From Octopus sinensis (lineage: Eukaryota): a stretch of DNA of 64,000 nt. A program made the translations under genes and the position numbers. The notes under the pieces are model-generated. The model was not told the origin of the DNA. It did not search any database and saw nothing but the letters and a program-made list of their open reading frames with translations. This document shows, piece by piece, positions 50,760 to 61,888 of this stretch. The stretch's first letter is position 1; every line of letters begins with the position of its first letter. The stretch spans positions 14,136,001 to 14,200,000 of the forward strand of contig NC_043004.1 of the NCBI RefSeq assembly GCF_006345805.1. The letters are read 5' to 3'.

Positions 50760-52540
50760 TCCAACACACCACACACATACAACATACATGCACATGTACG
50801 CACACATACTTCCAGACCTATAGACCCCCACGAGCACACACACATGCCCGTGCACACACACCAACAAACAACACTCATACAGATACGCACACACATATAA
50901 ACACTTAGCAGAGACACACACATACACGCACGTAAGCGCACACACGCACACAAGCACACACATGTACATTACGCCCACACAACTCCAAAAAACCCCCCAT
51001 ACACATGCATCAATTCACACACACACATACATACATACACACACATACATACATACATACATTCATACATACATACATACACACATACACACATGCACAC
51101 ATACACACACATACATACATACACACATACATACATACATACACACACATACATACATACATTCATATATACATACATACATACACACATACACACATGC
51201 ACACATACACACATACATACATACACACATACATACACACATACATACATACATACACACATACACACACATACACACATACACACATACACACATACAT
51301 ACATACATACATACACACACATACATACACACATACATACACAGACACACACATACATACACACACACATACACACATACACGCATACACACATACATAC
51401 ACACATGCATACATACATACACACACATACTTACATACACACATACATACATACATACATACATTCATACATACATAGACACACACATACATACACACAT
51501 ACACATACGTACACACATACATACATACATACATAGGCACACACATACATACACACACATACACACATACACGCATACACACATACACACATACATACAT
51601 ACACACACATACATACACATACACACACACATACATACATACATATATACATACATACACACATACACACACATACATACATACATACATAAACTCATAC
51701 ATACATACACACATACACACACACATACATACATACATACATACATACATATGGGTTGGTTGTATTGCAGACGTGCGTCAGTGTGTGTATGTGTGTGCCT
51801 GTGGATTCACATACACCCACGCCAATTTTTTTCCATCAATCTTTCAACTATAAAGTATGTGCTTGCGTACATATATATACACACATATAAACATATAAAC
51901 ACGCATATAAACCTCTACATTTGTACATACACGCACATGTATACATACATTAACTCGTACGCACGTACACACACACGCACACACACACACATTTACATAT
52001 ATATACAATACGCGCACACACATACACACGTACAAACACAAACACCGATACATATACATACACACAATATATACCTACACGTGCACGCACACATACACAT
52101 ACGTACATACATATAGGCACAGACACACACACACACATAAACACACAAAAACATGCGCACACTTACACACGCACACACGCACACCAATGCACACACGGAT
52201 ACACGCATATACATCCATATACGCTTATACACGCACACATACAAACGCACACATACACGCACACACAACTACACGCACATACATACACACACAAATGAAC
52301 CCACACATACATCCCATACACACGGCACACAACTATACATACACGCACACAATTATACATACATATATATACACACACACGCACGTACAAGCACACACGC
52401 ACACATACACTAAGTTAAGCACAGTTACTCGCCACACACCCAAACTCTACGCATACACACACGAACACACACATACATACACACACACTACAAACAAAAC
52501 ACACACGATCCATATATATACACGCACACACACATACTTC
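50760..52540. repeat. Compound (CATA)n/(CA)n microsatellite-like tract
   Basis: Directly visible. Confidence 0.95.
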
Positions 52541-52923
52541 CTTGTACTAACCTGTGGCTGGGACACAAAAAACACCACTCCTTTTTCTTACAAACTGGCC
52601 AGCTACTAGCCTGTTGTTTGCAGCCACAACCATACACACATACACACACACACGCACACAGACACACACACGTGTCATTATTGCACACTTACACACACAC
52701 GTGTACACGCAGACTTCCACGCATGCACACATCCACACACATTCCGCCTCCTACATTCCTTGTCTTTGACATACTACCATACTGTCTTTGAAAACAATTC
52801 TGTCTTTGAAAACAACCTTCTTCACCCTTTCTACTTCCAGTCTTTCAAAATGTGACCGCGTGTGTACCGTTGGCGATTCGTTTTTCCTTTGTCTTCCCTT
52901 CTCGGGATCTTTCCTTCTCCTAT

Positions 52924-52958
52924 GTTTCCGACGAAGAGCTCCGCTCGAAACGTTAAAC
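52924..52958 (+). ncRNA. Minimal type I hammerhead ribozyme motif of the Penelope-like terminal repeat
   Basis: GTTT-CCGACGA-A-GAGC tcc GCTC-GAAA-CGT-T-AAAC: stem I GTTT/AAAC, stem II GAGC/GCTC, palindromic ACGT stem III, GUU site; U4 reads C. Confidence 0.75.
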
Positions 52959-53084
52959 CCTCCTTCTTCCCTTCTTTCCTGAGCGTCCAATAATACTGTA
53001 TTTGTTCCACGTCCTCGCGTTGTTGTGTTTTTTTTTGTGTTTTCTTCTTTGGATTAACTATATATATATATATATATATATAAA

Positions 53085-53284
53085 CAATTGCAGAGTGGAA
53101 AGTGTTTATAAGCCATTTAAAACACACACAAAAACCGAGATGCAGTACGGAATTTTGTCAGTGAACAAGTCGTAGTCTCAAAGGGACGAAAATATTTCGG
53201 CAAATTAAATTTAAATGTTGAAGTCAATCTAGCGATTTTTGTGTGTTTTTAAACGGCTTTTCAACACCATCGACGCTGCAATTG
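53085..53284. repeat. Fold-back element, ~52 bp arms, with a degenerate hammerhead in the spacer
   Basis: Arms 53085-53137 / 53233-53284; spacer TTTGTC-A-GTGAACA-A-GTC..GAC-GAAA-ATATTT-C-GGCAAA. Confidence 0.72.
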
Positions 53285-53341
53285 CTTTGATTTCAGAACA
53301 CGATTTCAGATCAGGTCACTTGCTATGCAAGTACACCTCTG

Positions 53342-53386
<45 letters not shown>

Positions 53387-53442
53387 GACACACACACACA
53401 CACACATATACATATACATACATGCATACATACATACATACA

Positions 53443-53475
<33 letters not shown>

Positions 53476-53501
53476 GTATATGTATGTTTATACACACATG
53501 T

Positions 53502-53815
53502 ATGTGAAGGCGTGTGAGGTACTGAGTTCGATTTTATTACGGACCGGGCTGTGTTCCGTTCTTGAGCAAGACACTTTATTTCACGCTTCTCCAGTTCACG
53601 CAACTGAAGAAATGTTGCGACGTCATCAGTGCAACGCTGTATCGGCATTCAACTTTTCCTGGATAACATCAGTGGCGTGGAGAGGGAGAGTTTGGTATGG
53701 ATAGGCGCCCGCTGGTCTTCCATAACAAAAAAAATCCTTGCCTGAATTATTGCCTCGGAGGATAACATTCTAGGTGGAATCTAATAGTCTTTCATGACCG
53801 AAGAGTTCTTTTACC
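53502..53815 (+). mobile_element. SINE family D-related copy
   Basis: TTCTTGAGCAAGACACTTTATTTCACGCTTCTCCAGTTCACGCAACTG. Confidence 0.7.
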
Positions 53816-53880
53816 TTTTCCCTTTAATATAAACATACTCGTGCTTATAAATATACATGTACACACACACACACACACAT

Positions 53881-53917
<37 letters not shown>

Positions 53918-54088
53918 CACACAAACATACACCCATACACATATGTAACATATGTATATCAATTTATCTCTCTATCTTTCTATCTATCTACATATATAAT
54001 AACAAAGGGTGAAATTAATTAAGAAGTAATCAGTAATTTCACTAAGTAGGATTCACATGAAAAGGACCATTTCATGGTAAGTTTAAGT

Positions 54089-54467
54089 AATACTATATAA
54101 TTAGGGTTCAGCTACGATTTGCTTCACCACATACCATAGTTTAGAAATAGCAGTAAAAAAATCTTAGCTATTCCTTCTATTTTAAAGGGAGTTCCCAGAA
54201 AAACCAAAGCACTTGAAAACAAGCCACGCAGGCAAAAGGGAAAAAATGATGAAAATCATTCTATATTAGGATACCCACGGACGTACGTTTCGGAATTAAG
54301 TCAGTATAAATCATAAATAATAAATAATTATACCTTACCCGACTATTTTCGTCTCTTCAGGGAACTGCCTTTAAAGTAGAAGGAATAGCTAAGAATTTTT
54401 GACTGCTATTTCTAAACTTCGGTATACGGTGAAGCAAATCGTAGCTGAACCCTAATTATATAGTATT
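54089..54467. repeat. Fold-back element, ~108 bp arms
   Basis: 54089-54196 mirrors 54360-54467 with scattered mismatches. Confidence 0.85.
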
Positions 54468-54480
54468 ATTTATCTACATC

Positions 54481-54511
<31 letters not shown>

Positions 54512-55443
54512 TATATATATAATATGTATATATATATATGTATTTGTAAAATAGCGTATAAAATTACCTGTTAAAGGTAGTTTTCTCTTGTGTTTAAATA
54601 TAAACTATTTTATATATATACATGTATATATATTGATATGTATATGTATATATATATTGATATGTATATGTATATATATATATGTATATGTATATTTATA
54701 TGTGTATGTATATGTATATATATATATAATATATATATATATATATTTGTGTATTAAGGTTACTATTGGTTTCATGTTGCAAAAGGTATCTTACTATCTT
54801 AACAATTATTCCCGCCGATCACATGGAGGTATGGTGTTCATCGCCATTTTGGATTAAAACGCAGATAGGTCACGTAATGTTTAAATGATTGTCAATTATT
54901 GCAGAAATGTTGAAAAATTCGTGAACGAAGTGTATGTCAGTTAAATTTTTTTGTTAAGAATCCATACAGATTAATTTGTCGTCAACACACCTTCTATCTG
55001 TAAATATACATGCACGCGCAGAAGTGTATAGTGTGATTCTATTTGTGTATATATGTTCGTATGAGTATACATCTATGCTTATGTGTATATGTTGGTATAT
55101 ATGTGTGTACATAGACATATCTAAGTACGCATACACAACATATATGTATGAGTGTGTGTGTGTGTGTGTGTGTTGGGGGAGGTTTTATGTGTGTGTTTGA
55201 ATACTTCTTATTGAGATTGATTAAAGATTAATGGAGGGTGATTGAAGAATAGATTGGCTTTGAATTGCGAAGATTATGGACAAGCGAAGGCATCTAGCTA
55301 AGCGGAAACTATTGTACAAGTTTTTGTAATTAGAAAACGATTGTTAGCCCGAGGATCTTGCTATCGTAACACACACACACACACATACACACACAAATAC
55401 ACACACACACTCGCACATATAAACACACATGTACACACCCGTG

Positions 55444-55487
<44 letters not shown>

Positions 55488-55643
55488 CACATACACACAT
55501 ATGTTTGTGTATATTTATATGTATATATATATAATCTAGCTATATATATATATTATATATATGTATATATGTAAATATATATATACATTTGTATATATAT
55601 ATATATATATTAAATATATATATATATGTAGATATATACACAT

Positions 55644-55674
<31 letters not shown>

Positions 55675-55781
55675 CGTATATATACATATATATATGTATA
55701 TATGTATATATGTACATATATATATATTACGTATATATATATATTATATATATATATACATACATATACATATATATATAA

Positions 55782-55833
<52 letters not shown>

Positions 55834-56194
55834 GTATATATATACACACATATATATGTATACACATACATACATTCATATACCGAAGTTTAGATGACGT
55901 AATTTACTCGTTGAATTTTTCGCTGTCGTATACTCTACGCACACGCATACGTGCATCCGCGCGCACACGTCCCGACGCACACACACACTCACACATACGC
56001 AAGCCTGACTCAAACGCAAATGCATATACACACGCGTGTGTAAGAGAGTATGTGTATGTGGGTCAACAGGTGTGAATGCATCTTCGTGCGTGTGTGTGCC
56101 TCTGTGTGTGTGTGTGTGTGTGTGTGTGCTTGCGTATATACATTCCAGTAATCCAAACATGTATTTCTAGACTGATACATGCACACACACAGAT

Positions 56195-56230
<36 letters not shown>

Positions 56231-56424
56231 CTCACATACTCACACACATATACGTATATACATATATATATATATATATACCTACATAGACACACACTTA
56301 CACGGCAGCTTTCTTGTGTTTGACTGTGTAATTAGTGTGTTTCTTTTTCTTGATAGCTTTCCCTGCTTGGGGAGAGTAATATCTTGATTGGATCAGCAAA
56401 TACATAAGAAACAGAAAATCTCTA

Positions 56425-56468
<44 letters not shown>

Positions 56469-57544
56469 TACATCACGGAAACACTCTACGATGACTACAC
56501 ACAGGTAAACGAAGATCGCTGTAGATTCAAGCATTCACACAAACACACACACACACACCTACACCAACACTCAGTGGAACTTCTCTGTATTGATACACAT
56601 ATACAGTAACTGAGATGGATAAACACACACTCACACACACACACACACACACACATACACACACATACAAACACACACACACACACACACATACGTAAGC
56701 GCACGTAGTCATACACACGTACAAATTTTCCTCAGATCGAATTTTACATTCATTAATCTTTCTGTTGTGTTAATGTGATCAACAAGCTAAGAAGAAAAGA
56801 ATTAAAGAATTACTGAATTTTATATTGTTGGTAATCGAAATTCGACGGAGTTTCTCAGTGAAGAAGAATAAAGAGTAGTAGCAGTAGTAGTAGTAACAGC
56901 AGCTCATAACGGTTCATTTGGTGACTGACCCCCAAATCGAAAGCAAAATCCACATAGCATCTCAATATAAAATACGTTGACACATTAATTATTTCTTTAC
57001 GTTCTCCTATTTCATACCTGATTAATCTTCTCAATTTAGAAATGAAGTAATATAAGATTTTACAGGGAGCGACGTGGTTTCGTTTCCTAAAGCTGTTTCA
57101 TTTTAATTTGATCTCTAATTCAACCCTTGGCAATGATATGAATAGGATCCATCAACTGATGCTAGAAATAGGCAGGAAATAAAACATGAAAGAGCATGTT
57201 GAAAAGGCGCATTGAGTAATGTTGTTCCTAGCTACACTATTTCTGGAAAAATATCCGTAATTCACAGAAAAAATAACGTCTTTGATCATAAGTCTGACTT
57301 AGAAGGATCTTGATTTTATCAGACACTAAAAATAATAAGAGAAGAAACAATAATAGTAACAACAGCATAAAAAGTTAGATTGATATTTAAGGAAGGAAAA
57401 CTAAATATCTGTAAAACACAACTTTATCCCACACTGCTTTTTTATCCAAGTAGTATAATTATTTATCACAATGGGAAGCAAAAGGTTAACAGGCGTGGCT
57501 GTGTGTTAAGAAGTTTGCTTCTCAACTACTCTTGGCACAAGTCC

Positions 57545-57735
57545 CAAAATGTTTTGGGAGAGGGCCAGTCGATTAGATCGGCTCCAGTACGCAATTGGTA
57601 CTTAATTTATCGACCCCGAGAGGATGAAAGGCAAAGTCAACCTCGGTGGAATTTGAACTCAGAACATAAAGACAGACGAAATACTGCTAAGAATTTCGCC
57701 CGGCGTGCTAACATTTCCGCCGGCTCGCCGCCTTA
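57545..57735 (-). mobile_element. SINE family A-related copy
   Basis: GGATGAAAGGCAAAGTCAACCTCGGTGGAATTTGAACTCAGAAC ... CGGCGTGCTAAC. Confidence 0.85.
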
Positions 57736-57834
57736 TTAAGAGTATAAAGATGAGAATGTGTGTGTTGGTCTGTCTGTCTGTCTGTCTGAAACCCTAAAAC
57801 TCGAGAACTATACAACTGATTTCATATATATATA

Positions 57835-58000
57835 TATACGACAGGCTTCTTTCAGTTTCCGTCTACCAAATCCACTCACAAGGTATTGGTCGGCCCGGGG
57901 CTATAGCAGAAGACACTTACAGAAGATACCACGCAGTGGGACTGAACCCGGAACCATGCGGTTGGTTAGCAAGCTACTTACCACACAGGCACTCCTGAGC
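57835..58000 (-). mobile_element. SINE family B head
   Basis: CTTCTTTCAGTTTCCGTCTACCAAATCC ... TACTTACCACACAGGCACTCCTG. Confidence 0.85.
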
Positions 58001-58087
58001 CATGTATGTATGTATATATATGTATGTATATAATACACACACACACACACACACGTATATACACGTATGTATATGTGCATCTTTATA

Positions 58088-59700
58088 TCTATTATATAAA
58101 AGTCAATGTCTTTATGTGTATTCGTGTGTTACTTATAGACTCGAAAACTACTGAATGGATCCTTATGATATTTGGAACTTAGTTTCAATGCATAATGCGG
58201 GCAGAACCCCCCAATGCATAATGAGATGGCTTAATGGGGACCGTCTCCCCATAAAAATTCATAAATTTCCCGTGTTGATGAAATTTCCAGCATAGGCAAA
58301 TCGCAAACATCAAGAAATATTCTCAAGCTTTCCGCTTCTCATGAGGATCCTAAGACCCCTAATAGGGGCTTTTACTCACAAATTTTAGTCATTTTTTATG
58401 ATCCAAATCTAGGTCAAAAATACTGAATGGATTTTTATGAAATTTGGAATTTATATTCTACGCATAAGGACAGATATAATGCAGTATATATTTGAACAAG
58501 ATGGAGCATAAATGAGGCATAACTCCCATGAAAATTCATATATTTTTGCTGTTTATGAAATTTTAACCATAGATATTAGACACAAATGAAGTAATATTTC
58601 TAAAATTTCAACTTCTTAGGAGATAGTAAGACGTATTAATGGGGGCTTAACACCCGCAAATTATTCAGTTTTCCTAAGCCAAGACGAATACATTTGTACT
58701 CTTGGAAGCTGTAGGGTCACCTGAGCATACAAATTTATGTTATTGTAATTCAATGGTACAACAGTGTATGATTTTGCTTTAAGATATACTTTGATTGTTA
58801 TTTCTGGAATGTGGTGCATAAATTGTCAAGTAATGGAGGGGCATTTCGCCTCCACTGGTTCAGTTGCAAAGTGTTGAGTAAAGTTATTTGGTTGCAGACC
58901 TCCTTTGAGTCTTTTTATTATCACTGGCTCAGAGATAGTACCCAGATGGTAACATTGATTTCAAGGCCTTTCCAGATAAGTAACTGGTCATTCAAAGAGA
59001 TTTATAGATTGCAAATATATTCTATCCAGTTACCTGTCGGCATAGGGATCATTGGCAAACTCCAGAGGTGACACCTTCATTTCCCCTTAGCCCTCAAGTC
59101 ACACAGTTTTTAATGTTTATTTGAATTGGGTCACGCCCTTCCAATTGCTATAGATCCGTAATGCATCTTACGGCGGTGTACGTCACCTGTATGGTGAGGA
59201 ATCCTACATTGGGAAGTGGTAATGACTAGGGTAGGGTAGCTGACTTATTATTGTGATCATTCATCTTTTGGTGAACATACATATATTTCCGATTTCAAAG
59301 AAATTTGAACAATGGATATAAGACCTAAGTTAAAAAGATTCCCAACAATTCAACTTTTCTCGTTGACTTTAAGACACCACCAAAAGGGGCTTAACTCCCG
59401 CATTTTAGAGCTCCATGTGCTCCATGTGCTCCATTTTTCAGGAGCAAAACCTTTCAATAGGTTTCATAAGATTTGGATTTGAGAATCTGGGCATAACGAT
59501 GAGTAATATGGGATAAATACGTCATGATTAAATTTTTTGTAATGGTTTGTAAAGAGGGAAAGAACTCTCATTAAAATTCTTAATCTGGATTTTTGATGAA
59601 ATTCGAATCATAGATATTCCAGTTCATTAGAGAAAATATAAAAGAGAAGTCTAATTCTTCAATTCTATGTGACACGGGCAAAGCCGGATACCTCTGTTAG
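58088..59700 (+). mobile_element. Non-autonomous Helitron (~1.6 kb) with internal subrepeats
   Basis: Starts A|TCTATTATATAAAAG, ends CGGGCAAAGCCGG hairpin + ATACCTCTG-TTAG|T; TACTGAATGGAT...ATGA.ATTTGGAA and GGGGCTT.AC.C motifs recur. Confidence 0.7.
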
Positions 59701-59812
59701 TATATTATAAACGGTCTCACATTGATATTTTTTTACTTGAAATTTAGATATTTTTTACTTGAAACTCATAGGCAACTGAAGCTAATTTAGTTAGTATATT
59801 TTTCTGGTACTT

Positions 59813-60030
59813 GAGGCGGTTACCTGGCAGAAACGTTAGCACGCCGGGCGAAATGCTTAGCTGTATTTCATCTGTCTTTACGTTCTGGGTTAAAAACACG
59901 CCGAGGTCGTCTTTGCCTTTCATCCTTTTGGGGTCAATAAATTAGGTACCAGTTGCGTAGTGAAGTCAATCGAATCGATTGGCCCCCTCCCTCTCCTCAA
60001 AATTCGGGCTTTGGGCCTAAAGTTGAAAAG
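59813..60030 (+). mobile_element. SINE family A-related copy
   Basis: TGGCAGAAACGTTAGCACGCCGGGCGAAATGCTTAGC. Confidence 0.85.
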
Positions 60031-60124
60031 AATATCTCTTTGGTATTTGTATAATTGGTAGTTTCGTATCTTTTTTTGTGGTGTTCGGTGTGAAAAAGTA
60101 TTTACAAAATAAATCATTTATATT

Positions 60125-60310
60125 TTACTTGTTTTAGTTATTAGATAGCGGCCATGCTGGGGCACAGTCTTATCGAACAAATTAATCCAAATACTTAATG
60201 ATTAAAACTTGGTACTTATTCTTTCGCACCGTTTATGTTGAACCGCTAAGTTACTGGGACGTAAACAAACTGACACTGGTTGCCAAACGGCGGTGGGACA
60301 CAGACAAAGA
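60125..60310 (-). mobile_element. SINE family B tail fragment
   Basis: GCGGCCATGCTGGGGCAC ... GAACCGCTAAGTTACTGGGACGTAAAC. Confidence 0.7.
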
Positions 60311-60456
60311 CACACATAGACATGTACGTACATGCATACATACATGGTGGCTGCCCCCTCGTTATCGAGTATGGCCATTGTACGAAGCTTAATCAATGTT
60401 GTTATCGTGCAATGCCTGTGCAAGAAGATTTTCTTTTTAACATCATCGGTAACCAC

Positions 60457-60820
60457 TGAGCCGCAGGTTTTATGTCGGAGTTATCCCAGTTACCTGAGTT
60501 ACCTCCTCCTAGAAGGATGCCCTAACACATGCTAGGAGTCCTTCACTTCCAATGGTTTAACCGCGCGATCGGGTATTCAGTCCGATTATTTCTATGTTCC
60601 CGCGCATGTACAGTCTTAAGACATTTATTGGATGGCCGTTGACTCTCAAGAGTTCCTCCGCCCTTTGACGGGTTTTGTTTTTCATCCCACAGGGTGTCCA
60701 ATAAACACCCTCCTCGCCAAGCAAGCTTGGTGGGGTTGCCGGTTTAGTCGCCGACGACCCGACCATGCAGCAGGTTGTACTGGGTTACATGTTACCAGTA
60801 GCACTCGAAAGTGACCTGAC
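60457..60820 (-). mobile_element. GC-richer repeat fragment, probably a LINE (RTE-like) 5' leader
   Basis: Non-coding, hairpin-rich segment unlike its flanks; the assignment rests on recalled resemblance only. Confidence 0.35.
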
Positions 60821-60889
60821 ATATACATACATACACACATACATACACCCACTCTCCCTTTCTCACGCACACTACACACACACACACAT

Positions 60890-61020
60890 ATCAAACAGGT
60901 TTCTCTCAGTTTATGCCTATCAAATCCACTCACAGTGTTGTCGACCCGGGGCAGTAGTAGAAGACACTAACCCAAGGTGTCGTGCAGTGGGACTGAACCC
61001 GAAACCATGTTTTTGCAAAG
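60890..61020 (-). mobile_element. SINE family B head fragment
   Basis: CAAATCCACTCAC ... GCAGTGGGACTGAACCCGAAACCATG. Confidence 0.75.
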
Positions 61021-61710
61021 CGAGCGTCTCACTAGAGAAATGAAAATGTTGGATTGTAGTGATGAAGTGTCAATTAGAATCAAGGCGATCATGACATAGA
61101 GAATAAGAGCAAGGAGGTCTTTCTGAAAGGGTTTCTTTAATGGAGAAAGGGTTTTCTTTGATGAATAATTACAATGTAAAATTAGAATAATTAGAGTGTA
61201 AAAGCGTAAAAGCATTGCTGTCGACTTCAGCGTGGCAATGAAATAAAATACATGTGGATCTGTTGTAAAAGAAAGGGCCACAAATACACTATGATCATGC
61301 GAACAGATAACGTAATTATAAGTATACGAGCAAAGCCCCCCCCTCCGGTCCAATGGACGGTGCTTAGTTGTCAAACATTTAAACTAAATTTTCTGAAAAC
61401 AACTTCCCGCCCGTTCCATAGGCCTCCGCTTTGAGAAACACTGATTTAACCTAAATTTGAGACACCAGCAAAAGAAGAAATAAAGATAGACTGTTTTTCT
61501 ATTCCAAAGAAATACGATTTTATTATCACAAATATGCAACCGAAGAGCTTAAAGGACCAGTAATGATAAGGTTGTTGACTGGGAGAACACAAACATAGTT
61601 TAAACAGTAAGCTTGGCAGGAAAGAAACGTGCCTTTAAGCAGTAAAAAAACAACAACAAAGAATGGGAGGTGCAGTTATGTACAAGTTGACGGAAGAAAA
61701 GCAGGACGAA

Positions 61711-61888
61711 AACGGCTTTATCGATCGCATTCTCACCTGGAATCGAGTTTTGTAATGTTTCAAGACTTATACACACCCTGATACCGTCGGTGTCTACATA
61801 TCAAATTTGAGCGCAAGTGGATGGAGGATGCCCGAGATCCTAGAAGACAAACTCACTGACAGACAGAACGGATTTTATATAATAGATG
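61711..61888 (-). mobile_element. Non-autonomous Helitron 5' end
   Basis: Homologous to 12381-12560; ends ACAGAACGGATTTTATATAATAGA|T. Confidence 0.65.

Larger units (their letters stand above)
47690..53057 (+). mobile_element. Near-full-length Penelope-like retroelement (Neptune-like), decayed
   Basis: RT + GIY-YIG pseudo-ORF, microsatellite-rich 3' region, terminal segment with a hammerhead motif, ends at (TA)n; the 5' boundary is approximate. Confidence 0.8.

Noticed and set aside
60720-60790. HDV-like ribozyme suggested by minus-strand GACTAA-ACCGG
   Set aside because: No matching P3/L3/P1 arrangement upstream.
1067-61020. tRNA genes
   Set aside because: A/B-box segments are SINE heads that run into SINE bodies; no complete cloverleaf was seen.
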